A stretch of 64,000 bases of DNA, from positions 124,001 to 188,000 of the forward strand of contig QPGO01000029.1 of the NCBI GenBank assembly GCA_008632985.1, written 5' to 3'. Both the position numbers and the translations under genes were made by a program. The notes under the pieces were generated by a model. The model was not told the DNA's origin, searched no databases, and saw only the letters and a list, made by a program, of their open reading frames with translations. Numbering within the stretch: the first letter of the stretch is position 1; each line of letters begins with the position of its first letter. This DNA is from Psammoneis japonica. Taxonomy: Eukaryota. Shown one piece after another: positions 12,011 to 24,388 of the stretch.

Positions 12011-15000
12011 CAGAGGACCTCTGTTGCCTTTGAAAGGAGTGTTTTGAGCAATCTCATGTTGGCCTTTGGTGTTGGAAGTTGTGGCCAGCCATCTGGCTCA
12101 CATTTGGTCTCACCACCACCCCAACTCACTGCGTGGCTTGCAAACACATTCTCACAGTGCCGTTGTCCACTGTTGCCATGTTTGCCAGGTGCAGAAGCTA
12201 AAAAGTGAGCACAAGACCCACCACCCAAACCAAGTTGTGAATGTAAATTTGCCATGTCATCCACAATTGTCAGTGCATCTTACACTGCAGCTCTGTCTGC
12301 CTCTGACCCTGATGTTCCAACATTTGGTGCTTGTCAAGATCTCAACACAACACCTCTGTTTGTCCTCAGGAGTGTTTGAGGACAACCAAGAAGCCCTCTT
12401 TCTTGTGGCTGGCTGCCACATCATCAACCACACCAACACATGTTTTCTGGTCAATTGGAGTTGACTCTGGCCCTGTTGTCACAAATTTTTGGTTGAGGTT
12501 GAGTGTGCAGGACAACTCACAGATTTCTTCTCCAAACCTTTCACTGGAGAGCTCTGCATTGCAGGCAGGAAAAATGCTCAGGCCAGGATGGCAAATTGTT
12601 GCGTGTGTCCATGTTTGTTGGTTGTTTGCCAGCATGCATTGTGGCTCAGGCCAAGATTGGAGGTGCTGCAACCAGGCTTCAAACTTGCTTGTCCCAACTG
12701 GGCTCTTTCTCACAAATTGTTTCAAATTGGCAGATGAGTTGAGGATCATCTGTCCAGCAACCCAGCTTGTTTCCATCTGTTGATGCAAGTTGTTCCCACC
12801 ATCATGTTGGCCCCAACTGCTCCTCTTGGAGCTCAGAGGAGCACAACAACAGCTGTGCATCATGAGTGTCACAAAGCCAGTTTTGGCTCTTCTTGGTGCA
12901 AGGTTGGTCATTGAGAACTTGGCATCTTGCTCCTCCATCATGGTGTCGCAACTTCTCTCTTCCATGCACTGTGAGCTGGACTTGCCCAGCTGCACTCACC
13001 TGATTTTGGCCTGGACAGCTGACAATTGTGGTTGGCCATGTTGTGTGAAGGACCTTCTTTGACCCAATGCTGCGCCATTGTTTGTCAGCAGAGCATCTCC
13101 TTGCACTCCCATCTGATGCACTGACCTGCAATGGAAGTCCAGTCAGTGCTCTGGAGATGGAAAAGGTGTGCAAAGCTCTCTGCTGCACACACCCAGCCCA
13201 CCACAAGCTGCTGTTTTTGCCATCAACAATCAACAGGCACCAGAGCAGCTCAGTCAGCTGGGATGACATTCTGCAACAACTGCCCCATTGCTTGTCAGGA
13301 GAGAACATGTGGCAGAAGAAAGGACACTCAAGATGCTCCCTCTGTGCCACTTTTTACATGATCTTGCCCATGACCCAAACATTGGCCAGCATTGGCAGAA
13401 ATGAAAAATGACAACATGCTGAAATCATGACATTCTTGCTTGCCACTTCTCTGTTGGGCTTGGCATGTAAAACTTGTGGGCATCTGTTTTCTCACCATCA
13501 AGAAGTGGCAGCAGAGCTTCCCAAACATGACTTTGAGTTCAGGCCAGTCTGGTTGTCCATCACAAAGCCTCCCATCTGGAACAAAGTGCATGTCTTCTTC
13601 ACCAAGTTCAACTCATTCTCACTGAAGTGCATGGCTGGAGCTTGACATTTTCATTTCAAAGGAACCACCAAGTGCAGGAGCTGGGTGTGCACTGTTTGTT
13701 TGCCAATGAGTGTCAGCAGCAGGACAGCATCACAGGATTTCTCTTGCATCTCATGTTGGGAGTGGCACTCAACTGAGGATGGTCTTTCTTGCCATCTCAT
13801 GACAACCATGTGAAGAAGCCTTGGAGGGAGCCAACATCCAAATTCAAGAAGGAAGGGGCTGTGCACTCACTGTGTTGCCACCCAAAAACAACATTTTGGC
13901 TGGGGCAGAGATTTCAAGGGTCCATTTTGACAACAACTGTGCCCCCCCTCCTCTGCATTGTGAAATTGGGCAATGCTTGCAAGAAGCAGATGGTTGAGGA
14001 TGACCACCACCTTTCTGAGGAGCTCAGCTCAGGTCACTTCAATTTTTCAGCCATGTCTTTGAAAATGATCCAGGGTGTGATTTGCAAGTTTTTCTCTGTG
14101 ACATTTGGGATGCCACCAGGACATCAGACTGGAGAGGATTGCTGAGTGTGTTTTTGCAGATGAGGTTGCAAGGTGTTTGTGTTCATTCTTCATTTGATGG
14201 GCATCATCCAAGCAGCCCCTTTTCAGCAAAATTGGAGGTGCTGATTGCAGCACTTCTTTGTGAACAAGAGTTTCAAGGCCACATTGATGATTGAACTTAA
14301 AAGCTCACAACTGTTTGACACATGTGCAAACCAAGTTAATTTCTGACACATGTTCTTGCATTTGAAACACTTTGTGACAGAAAGTTCAGATCTGCATCAA
14401 TGCTTGAACTCAGGCTCATGTTGTGGAGTTGCAAATCAAGTCATTTCTGAAGCTCACTGGTGCACAAAAAGAGAGCCCTCTTTTCAATTTAAAACCTGTG
14501 ATGGTTTGAGCTGTTGGTGGAGAGAATTGTTGAAACCAGGTGCAACTTGTCATTTTCTGCAAGAAGACACTCAGAATTTGAGTCAGCAAGCATCCACTGT
14601 CCATTTCATTCTTTTTGAAGATTCAAGATGATCAGAGTCTTTCAAAGTGCACGATGTTGGACAACATTGCCGCTGCCACACCAGTCTTCTCCAACTCATC
14701 ACAAAATCTTTTTCCAACACAAAATTGGGAGCGCCATTTCAGCACGACACCCACTTGTGTCTCACCTCTGCACAAGTCATTCACAGTTGACTTTGGCTTG
14801 GTGCCACAGCCAGTTTTCTGCCCTCCACAGGTGCTGGCCAGAAGACAGTCCAGAGAGCAGACAAGCATTTTTGACTTGTTGGATGGGTTGATGATGCCAC
14901 TGTCTTTCTGGGGCAAAAGATGCACCAGACTGTGGGAACAGACAGATGCTTTGATGAATGACATTGTGCCAACTTTGTTGCTGGAAGCACAGCTGTGGAC

Positions 15001-15430
15001 TGAGAATGACCCCCACAGTTCTCAACTCTGTTTGAAGACATTGCAATGTCCTCCACACAAATTCACGTTCTTGTGCCATCTCGGGTCTCTGTTGGGAGAG
15101 CCTGCAGAAGAAGCCAAGTGGCATGTACTTGGGCTGTTTTGCAGGGATGCCTGCCAGTGATTTTTCACAAGAAGGAGTGGTCAAATTGAAATGTTTGAAG
15201 AGCACCACAATCAATGGTCTCTTTCTGAAGATGCATTGCTTCCTTTCTTTTCACTGGATCGGCACCCTCCACCGCAGCCACAGCATGTCTGAACCCATTG
15301 TGGGGTGTTCCCCGGTTCTTGCCACAACTCGACTTCAGCTTCCACTGGACTGTGCGGTCTTCCACTTACCAAGTTTGTCAGTCTGGAACAACATCACACT
15401 GTCAGCATCCGTGACGGTGCCAGAGACTCT
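12010..15430. mobile_element. Unidentified degenerate (probably transposon-derived) sequence, TpA- and CpG-depleted
   Basis: Same composition as the adjacent copia remnant, fragmented coding-like frames, no motif I can assign. Confidence 0.5.
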
Positions 15431-15631
15431 GACGACTATTAGAGACTAGCATGATGGCTCTCTACTTAGAGACATAACTGTAAATTATTTATAATGCAAC
15501 TATCTAAACAAAAGAAGAAGTCGAAACTCTAAATCAAAAAGATCATACAACCAAATCGGATTATGATGATTCGGTTGGACAGCTCTATCAAGAAGATTTG
15601 GACGTGCGTGCGACAAAAATAAAATCATTGT

Positions 15632-17182
15632 TCAAACCATCTCAACGTAGTTGGAAGAACTCTTGTTATCGGGATCGCTCCAGGACTTGGACGTTTCAGG
15701 TTCGTTCTCTTCAACGATACTGGCCATGGTGGAAACCGGCTTCCTTTGATCATCCGGTTTGTTCAAGTCAGGGAGCGTCTCGGGCATGCAGAACAGATAG
15801 AGCAATGCCGGGAGGAGCGACATGAACGTGAGGATAAAAAAGGCGGTCTTGTACCCATGATCCTGGGCCAATGCTTGACCAAGGTATCCCGATACAGTTC
15901 CACCAATCGACATGGCGGCGGTCGTAAGGCCAAGGGTCAGGCTGAATCGACCGGTACCCCCGCTAATATCACTGGTGACCAAAATGTACATGGTTCCAAA
16001 TGTTCCAGCACCAACTCCGTCAAGGATCTGCGTCGACAAAGTTAATAACTGTAGAAGGGTCGAGGAGCCATTTGCGTCAATGTATCCGGTGAGGTACGTC
16101 AGGATCAAACACCTGATGGGCACAACAAAGAACCCAATGAGGAACAATGGCTTGCGGCCGTATTTTCCGGAGTAAGTTCCGCAAATTTTAGCCGCGATCA
16201 CCATAAAGACTTGTGCGACAATGATGCAGAGTCCACTCATGAGGATTCCGCTGCTTCCATTGCCAATGGCGAGACTTTGCATACAGAGAGGAAGGACTGT
16301 GCCGTTGGCCGTGTGGAAGAGGAAGACCGTCACAATGAAAATCAACAAAATGGGGTGCTGCAAGACTTGAAGCGGGGTCTCGGCATGAGGAGAGTCGCCT
16401 GCATCATCCGCAGGATCAGTGCCTCCAAAGCCAAAGTTGAAGCTAGGCTTTGTCTGATACTTGGGTGCAGAATACGGTGTGCTCGAAGCACTTGACGGAC
16501 TTTTCGGGCGGTCACTAATGTGTGTCTCAAGGGTGAGACCTCTTGCTGCATCATGGTCAATGTCCTTCGCACTGATTCTATTCAAAAAGAAGAGAACACC
16601 CGCGCATGCAATGGGACTGACAATAAAAAGAATTCCGATATCAGGATATTTGAAGTATGCAATGAGCGATCCTGACAAGACAATTATCGCCGTTCCCAAA
16701 TGATTCATCATCTCGTTCATTGCGACCTGCGTCGTCATACCCACAGCTCCAACAATTCCTTGGGTGATGCTATTTAAGCCAGGTGGAATCATACTGGTTA
16801 CGGCTCCCTGCAAGAACTTGACAAGAATCATGAGCCCCAAGTTAGCGCCTTCATCTTTTGCAAACACTGCCGTTACAATGGTCAAAAGAGTCGTCGCCAC
16901 GGCCGCGGCACAGAGCCACAGAATCTTTTTCTCGCTATAGTCCATGATGTAACCAGCCGGGGTCTGGAACAAAAACTGAGACATGCCAAAAACAAAGAAC
17001 AACACTCCTGCCTGCTTTTCGCTGTAGTTCTTGGATACAATAAGAAAGGCGTTCTGCATGTTGATCATGGTCAAACCATCACGCAACTCTCCAAGAAAAA
17101 GCGCAGCCCAACGAAGATGCGACTTGGCTTGTCCACCACCCGCCTGGCGAACGTTTTTGGGTTGTATTTCTTCAAGCGGCAT
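15632..17182 (-). CDS. Major facilitator superfamily transporter
   Basis: 516-aa ORF, about 12 hydrophobic segments in 6+6 arrangement with central loop; GYIMD and GKYGRK motif-A-like sequences. Confidence 0.9.
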   Translation of the reverse strand: MPLEEIQPKNVRQAGGGQAKSHLRWAALFLGELRDGLTMINMQNAFLIVSKNYSEKQAGVLFFVFGMSQFLFQTPAGYIMDYSEKKILWLCAAAVATTLLTIVTAVFAKDEGANLGLMILVKFLQGAVTSMIPPGLNSITQGIVGAVGMTTQVAMNEMMNHLGTAIIVLSGSLIAYFKYPDIGILFIVSPIACAGVLFFLNRISAKDIDHDAARGLTLETHISDRPKSPSSASSTPYSAPKYQTKPSFNFGFGGTDPADDAGDSPHAETPLQVLQHPILLIFIVTVFLFHTANGTVLPLCMQSLAIGNGSSGILMSGLCIIVAQVFMVIAAKICGTYSGKYGRKPLFLIGFFVVPIRCLILTYLTGYIDANGSSTLLQLLTLSTQILDGVGAGTFGTMYILVTSDISGGTGRFSLTLGLTTAAMSIGGTVSGYLGQALAQDHGYKTAFFILTFMSLLPALLYLFCMPETLPDLNKPDDQRKPVSTMASIVEENEPETSKSWSDPDNKSSSNYVEMV

Positions 17183-17514
17183 CTTGACGTGATCACAATC
17201 GACTCAGTCAACAAGGTTGTGTCGAATGTTATTGTGTCTCGTGTGATGGGCAGTGAGCGATAGCTTGCTTTTGTGCGTGTTCGTGTGTGCCAATGCGGGA
17301 AACGTGTTTCCGTTGGGCCTGAGGCGAGCAGTCGCCAAAACATATGTCTATATATAGTGCTAAATAATTAATAAAAAGAATATATGTATGAGTGAATGAG
17401 GCTGTCTGTTGACCACACATTGATTAAGCTACGGTACTGCAGTTACTGTATTAGTTATGTAGAATACCGTAAGCCAGCGGACGGACGGCGACTTCCCCCT
17501 GCTTTTTTTTTTTG

Positions 17515-17712
17515 ACTTCTCTCTACTCTCTACCTCTCTAGTAGCTAGAGTAGAGCTAGCTCTACTAGAGAGTAGAGTAGCAGAGAGTTAGTCTATCTAT
17601 GTATGTTACCGGTAGTTCGTTCGTGCGTTCCTCGCTCGCGATCCTTCGGCTTATCTCTCTCTCTAGCTATGGGGCCCTCTCTAGAGCTAGCTACTAGTAG
17701 CTACTCTACTTC
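17515..17712. repeat. Low-complexity CTAG/TAGAG/CTCTA-rich intergenic patch
   Basis: ctctactctctacctctctagtagctagagtagagctagctctactagagagtagagtag...ctctagagctagctactagtagctactctact. Confidence 0.8.
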
Positions 17713-17875
17713 TGGCCAGAAACGTAGCTTCAGCTTTGTGTCTGGTGGAGAAAACTGCAAACTGCTTTTTAAAATGGTCGCAGCCAAATATGTAGCTCAA
17801 ATTTAGAACCGAAATTATGCTAGAGACTATTTATGTACGCTTGCATTTTCAAAATATGAATAAGCAATCTGAAAG

Positions 17876-19507
17876 CTAAGTTCGAGCAAACGCCTTGAGT
17901 GCGGGAATGATGTATGCGCATACAAGCCAACTGTAGGGAGCCGTGAACACATAGCTGTCCACACGATCCATGATTCCTCCATGTTCAGGGATTAGATCCC
18001 CAAAATCCTTGAAACCGGCATCCCGTTTTAACATCGATGCTGTCAAGTCTCCAATGAGGCCTAGTAAGCCCACAATTATTCCATGTGTAGCTCCAGTCAC
18101 TAGCCAATATGGCCATTTTTGTACCCAAGCACCAAGAATACCCAATGCGCAGCTCACGGCACACCCACCAAACACTCCTTCAACAGACTTGTTTGGACTG
18201 GTGGCACCCGCCGCCGGTGCTACTTCTCCCAACTTGGTGCGACCATATTTTCTTCCAACAAAGTATGCTCCAACATCGCTAAAGGCAATGGCAAGCCATG
18301 TCCAAAAGATGAAAATGGATCCTGTTGTGATTGGAAGATGAATCGATTTGGGAATAAAGGCGGGAAGAGCACTTGCTTTTGTCCCTAGTAACTCGAGAAG
18401 AGGACGAACCAGAGGAGCCAATCGGGTTGGTTCCATGCCTCCGCCAATCAAGCGAGTCCGGACCCAAAATGAGGGAACATAACCAAACAGGAACATTCCT
18501 GTAAACGTAGTTGCAATCTCTGGAATGGTGGTCACCTGTCGACGCATGGTCAAGAACCAAATCATTGCCCACAAACCGAACATTGGAAGGCATATCTGAT
18601 GAAGGTTCGGAGCAAATAGCGCCTGAAGTCAAAGAATGAAAAAATGACACAATGAGTGAAAATCATATAGTTTTTGTGCCTGCCTTTCCGTAATGGCAGT
18701 TGATCGTCGCCTACTTACAGTAAGAAACATGGAGCATGCCCCCACGACAGATATGCGTCTTGCAGGATAAACACCAGTGTTGATGACCATGCGATAGTAT
18801 TCTAATTGCCCAAGTATAGTCATCAGCGTGAAGAGAAGAGTAAAGATGTAGTTCCCTGAAAACACCCAACACGCCACAGCAGCTCCCATGACGGCCCCGA
18901 AAAGCACAGAACGGCTGCCCTTCTTCTTCGTCTTTTCCTCGACTGCTCCCTCGCTCTTCTCTTTGCCGCTGTCCGTCAAAGCAACAGCCGTTTCATTTAC
19001 CACAATTGATGGTTCACTCACTTTGGCACTAAGCTCGTGTTTTGTATCGTTGCTCTTGTGCATTACACTTAGCATTTCTTGACATGCTGACAGTAGATTC
19101 ACACGTGCAGTCTCGGTCTCTTCCTCATCATGAGTGATATCAAAATACTCTTCTCCTTGAACAAGATGCTCAACTCTCTCGATTGCAGCAGTAGCCTTGT
19201 CTTCTGCAATTCGTCTTCGAGCTACGGGGCTCGTATCAATCCACAGTCGTGCAAAGTAACCAGAATAAATGTTCCAAGCTCTTCGCGGCAGTGAGCCCTT
19301 CTTTTCTTTTGTCTCGTTCTCGTTTGAAGATGTTGCAAATTTACCAAAGTTTCTACTCTCAATTTTAGGAATAGAAGAAGATGGAACATGAAGTCCTCTG
19401 TGGATTCCATTTTGTCCAACATGGTGGTTGGGGGCGAAACTAACTACTTTTGGTACGCCGCTTAAAACGAGAAAGTAGGCAGCAAGCAACTGCGCTTTGT
19501 TCCCCAT
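17876..19507 (-). CDS. CDS: Phosphatidate cytidylyltransferase (CDP-DAG synthase), plastid-type presequence; 2 exons
   Basis: SDVGAYFVG, SPNKSVEG, GDLTASMLKRDAGFKDFG.LIPEHGGIMDRVDS. Intron 18623-18718. Signal peptide ending VVS-FAP. Confidence 0.92.
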
Positions 19508-19912
19508 GCTGTTGATCCGACCGGTATTTTCGGAATTTCTCCTCCTCATCACAGTATTGTATCTAGAGGAATGGTACACGTAGCAACGAGATCAACGTAA
19601 CCTCGAATGGATTAAGAAGGTGCGTCGCTGCTAAGGCCCATTACTGTCGTCGGATTGCTCGTGTCAAATGTTCAACATGTGCCGTGTCAACATCCCGTCG
19701 CGATTGCGTGCGTGTTGCATCGTGCCGTTACAGGCAGTACGAACGACGACAAGACGGAGGTGAGTTGGAGTGGACCTATCTATCCCTCATCGGAGGTTGT
19801 GCTATCTCCGGTGCAAAACGTGGATCATGGACGGAACGTTGGTGAAGCACTCGTATTGTGACTTACTCTCCCACCTAGCTATGTATTACAGTATGATTCT
19901 AACAATAGACTT

Positions 19913-21057
19913 TCAGAAAACCTCTGTGACAGGTGGCTTCCACTCATCTTCAGGTTTGTTACCTTCTTCCTCGAGACGTTTCCGCTCCTCTTCCTCAGCT
20001 CCCTTCTTTTTCCGCCTCTTTTCTCTCAACTCTTCGACCGAATAGCCAAACAATTCCTCTCTGTAGAACAAAAGCCAATTAGCACATTGCGCTCTCCTTG
20101 TTTTGTTTGGTGTCAATTCAGCGTACTGCAGATTAAATGGCAGAGAAAGAATCACTTGGTGAGGACACAAAGACAAGCGATTGGAGAAGACAAATCCACC
20201 TCCACTCTAGTAGCCATGACTGACCTTGTAGCCACGGAAACCGTAGGGCTTGAGATGCGTTTTTAGGCTCTGCTTGTTATCCACAGGTACACTTCTCACA
20301 ACTACATGCGTACAAAAGAGAAGGCAAGAAAAAGGGCTGAGCAACCATTCATTTCCAAACTACAAGACGCATGTTTTTTGCACGTACGAGCTTGGTTCGC
20401 TCTCAGACTCGGTTGATCAATTTCTTTGGAATAGATACGTCGCATACCAATCAAGTCTGGCGGGGACTCGTACTTATCCTTCCATTTTGGAAATACCTCA
20501 TCATTCTTCCAAGATTCACTGTCGGCATCGAAACGGTAACCCAGGCATTTCCATACAAGTGTGTTGACCTTTAGGAAAATGTGTGTGTAACAGAATTAGA
20601 CTGACTCTGCGTGCAATCAGGCATCAAAACACTGAATGCCCTGTCTTACCTCCAAGTCGGAGCACTCAATCATGAGAATCTTTAACAAATTCTCGTTGCT
20701 TAATTCTTCTTTTGTCGGTTCACCGCTCCGTGACAGCACAAAGTCCTCTTCACCAACGGGTCCTCGCACACTATACATTGGATCCGCTGCGGGAAGGAAG
20801 GGTTCCAGAATGTCTGGTTTTACACTCTCCGGAAGGGAATCCTCCTCCGAATCTTCTGCTTCCTTCTCCTCCTCTGTCATTTTGAAATCAAAAGGTTGCT
20901 GATTCAACACAGATCGTGACTTGACCATTGCGGGCATGCCGGAGAACGCTTCGACGACTCCATCATGTATGACATTCGCCGCAATCAGCAACAAGGCTCC
21001 CATCAGAATATGAACTTGAGGCGACCTCATGACACGAAAGCGACCTAAAGCGAACAT
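19913..21057 (-). CDS. DUF1823-like plastid protein (cyanobacterial-type family); 4 exons
   Basis: Introns 20569-20649, 20302-20387 and 20126-20224 give VNTLVWKCLGYRF...PPDLIG...LVRSVPVDNKQSLK...GYKYAELTPNKTRRAQCANWLL. Signal ending VEA-F. Start may be ATG 21030. Confidence 0.8.
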
Positions 21058-21390
21058 CACAGCGTTGTACTGTAAACTCTTCGCGATGTCCGATGCTGAT
21101 GACAGCTGATGGTTGAGATGATTTTTGGCGAAAACAAGGCGACGCAGGAGCGAGATGAATGAGCGATCTTCGACTCGTTCGATCGATCTCGCGCCCCGCC
21201 GCACAGACGCTCAGCACACGAAACCGCGCATGCGCGCTTAATATTTACAAATTATGGTGCACGAATATTTTTTCATTCTCTCGAGTCCGAATTTTTTCAC
21301 AGAAGATTCTGCTTCAAAAACCATCACAAAAGCATGACAACGATGCGAAGGTGCATGAGCGGTGGTTTGACTACTAACTAAACCGCAACC

Positions 21391-23651
21391 ATGGCGTAAG
21401 TTCCCAAGCGGTATTGTGTATTGATTTTCATGTGACGACTGCTCACTCTTTAGAAAATATGTTTGTGTCGCGAAAGGTACAATCGCATGATGTCCGAGAT
21501 GGACTTCACCAAAACACAGTTGGCCGTGTACTTTGCTGTTCTTGTTCTAGCTGTTGACAGCATCAATCCCGTCAAGATTTTCCTTCACGTCTTTCCGAGT
21601 GTTCAACCGTGGCATATTGCAGTGTTGTCATGTAGTCTTATAGTTTACGTAAGTTTCGCACTATGATATTCCTGTTGCAGCTCGTGGTGTTCCTCACTAC
21701 TTGATTGTTCTTTGTTCTCGATCTGTTCGCAAATCTGCTGGTATTTTTTGTTTTGTAATCCGTCTTGAAATCTTCCCAGGTGTTCATTTCTGAAATGAAA
21801 GCTCTCTTGTACTTTGGCGTCAAGATCTTCTTTCATTCCATTCTCTCAATATTTTTTCGGGAGGTACAGATTGTTGGTCGGGATAACATTCCTCGATATG
21901 GGCCTGTGATCTTTACGAGCAACCATGCCAATCAGTTCATTGATGCCGTGACAGTCCTGTGTACGTGTCAACACAAAATATCCTATCTCATGGCCGAAAC
22001 GAGTTGGAATCGTCGGATTGTTGGAGACATGGCTTGGGCGCTCGATGCAGTCCCTGTGAAGCGTCCGCAAGATTCCGCAAAGAAAGGAACAGGAAAAATT
22101 ACCTTGGCGGTGGAAGAAAAACGGGAAGAAAATGTCAACTTGGAGGCTGCACTCCCCACCCTTGTTGTGAAAGGAGTAGAAACGATATTTACGTCAGAGC
22201 TGAATGTGAGCGACAAAATTCGTCCGCCAGGCACATCCGTTGCTCTCAAGATTACCAGCATCCAGAGTGACACGGAGTTGCGCGTGGAAGGAACGTCTAA
22301 AGATCAACCTCCAATTCCAGAGGAATGTTTCAAGAGTCCCGCACCCTTTGATATCTTGAACGCATTGATCAAAAGGTTGTTTATGAAAAGGTTTTGGACA
22401 AGCTTGCCAGTGGTGGAGCTATTGGTATCTTTCCAGAAGGCGGTTCTCATGACCGGACGGAACTCTTGCCTCTCAAGGTTGGTGTGGCGTTGATTGCCTA
22501 TTCTGCCCTTGAGAAGGATGGATTGAACATTCCCATTGTTCCTGTTGGTCTGAATTACTTTCGGGCTTACAAATTTAGAGGACGTGCTGTTGTTGAATAC
22601 GGACAGCCAACCTACATTGACCCGAAAACCCTGCCAGCATACAAGGAAGGCGGTTTGGAAAGGAGGAGAGTTTGTAACGAACTGTTGGAGAGAATTCAGG
22701 ATAGCATGCAGTCCGTCATTGTATCCACGCCTGACTATGAGACGCTTCAGCTCATCTATGCGGCAAGGAGATTGTACCAGCAGAAAGAGTTGCTGGCATC
22801 GGAGAAACAGGACCTGAATCGGAGATTCGCTTTGGGCTACAAAAGGTTGTTGTCGGTTTCGGAAGGAAAGCTCCCAAAAGAGTAGGTCGAACATCAGGTG
22901 TATGTGTCTCTATGTGCTCGCATATGCTGTGCGCTGACGTGTCTCGACTCTTTAACTCTAGGTGGCTCGATCTGCAAGAGCGTGTTGTGGCATACCAAAA
23001 GGAGTTGTCCGATCTTGGAATCCGCGATTATCAGGTTCCAAGTCTCAGCCGCGAGAAATATGACATGGACCCGGATAACGTGCTGAGGGAGATTCGCCTT
23101 CCATACGAGATAGCTCACGGCCTTATGCTTTTCTTCTTGGCAATTATACCTACCGTCTTTTAAATTTGCCTGTTGGGCTCATGGCGAGATTGTATGCGGT
23201 GCGACGAAGAAAGAAGGCGCTTGCCAAGTCCAAGGTCAAGATTAAAGGTCTTGATGTGATGCTTACAGAGAAAGTGATCTTTTGCATTGTCATGGTGCCG
23301 TTGCTGTGGGTGTTTTATGGTTTCCTTCTTTACAAGTTCACAGATTTAGACGGTCCTGCAATAGCTCTTGTAATCATGTCGTTTCCGTTATTCTCCTACA
23401 TGGGAATCGTGGTTGCAGAAGCCGGAATGATTAGTCTCAAGGACCTTCGTCCTCTGATAATGAGATTGTTTCCGTCCTCTAGGCGTCGAATGGCCGCGCT
23501 CCCCGAGATGCGAAGAGGACTTCAAAACGATCTGAGAGCACTCGTAAAATCGTTTGGTCCCGAACTTGGTGAGGTGTACTATGGTAAGGATCTTGATTGG
23601 AAGGCGATTAATGAAGAGGCAAGACGAGAGTCTTTGAAAAAGGAGAATTAG
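21391..23651 (+). CDS. GPAT: Membrane glycerol-3-phosphate/DHAP acyltransferase (PlsC family, Gpt2/Sct1-like); introns and frameshifts near 22360 and 23160
   Basis: NHANQFID (HxxxxD), PVKRPQD, IFPEGGSHDR, IVPVGLNY. Introns 21396-21476, 21649-21779 and ~22882-22961. Confidence 0.9.
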
Positions 23652-24388
23652 TTTACAAAAGGGGCCCGAGTTTTGTTGGGCGGCATGGAGCATCGCGGCG
23701 TGGTAGAATGGTGCATAGGAATCACTGAGCATAGCTTTTGATCTATATTGAGCTAGGCTCTTTTTACAAATGCACAAAGCTGGAAACTCTTTGTAGTACT
23801 CTATGGCAAACAAATAAATAAGCTACTACTAAAGAGTATAGGCACTACTCTGAAGTTTGATTGTTTCCTCCGGACTCGAAAAAAAACAACAGTGGTGATT
23901 CCAGACGAAACGGGCCACTTGTTGCTTGTTGGTCAATTTCGATGCATTTGGAAACATCATAACTTTAGGAACAGAGGGTGACGACAACTAAAGAAGTAGC
24001 CCTTAGGCGAAAAAAGGCGCCTACTCTAGGGGACTGCTTGATTGAATAGATTGTTCAAGATTGGGAGAAACAGATACAGATATTATATATTATTCTGCAG
24101 AGAATGCATGTTCTTGTTCTAACTAGATATTCGTTCTCAACGCAAGTACCTACAGTATCTGATCCAACTCATGAAAAAATGGCGAGCTCTCATTATTCAT
24201 CCGCAAAGCTGTTTTTTTTTCGTGCACTTTTAATAAAAATGTGATTAGCATTTAGCAACCGAATGGCGAGAAAATACGTGGGCGAAACACCGGAAACAAC
24301 ATAATGGGACTCACAACCTCTCCGGAGAACTTCTGAAATAGCCCGTTGCCATCAGACGAGTTCTGGGGAAAGCTCCCGAGGGGTCAAT

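Noticed and set aside
11500..13400. Minus-strand gypsy chromodomain/integrase
   Set aside because: Apparent matches were weak; the + strand of 11500-12010 gives clear copia RT/RNase H motifs and the rest is unassignable.
10770..15430. Classical fungal RIP
   Set aside because: RIP converts CpA to TpA and enriches TpA; here TpA is depleted and CA/TG enriched.
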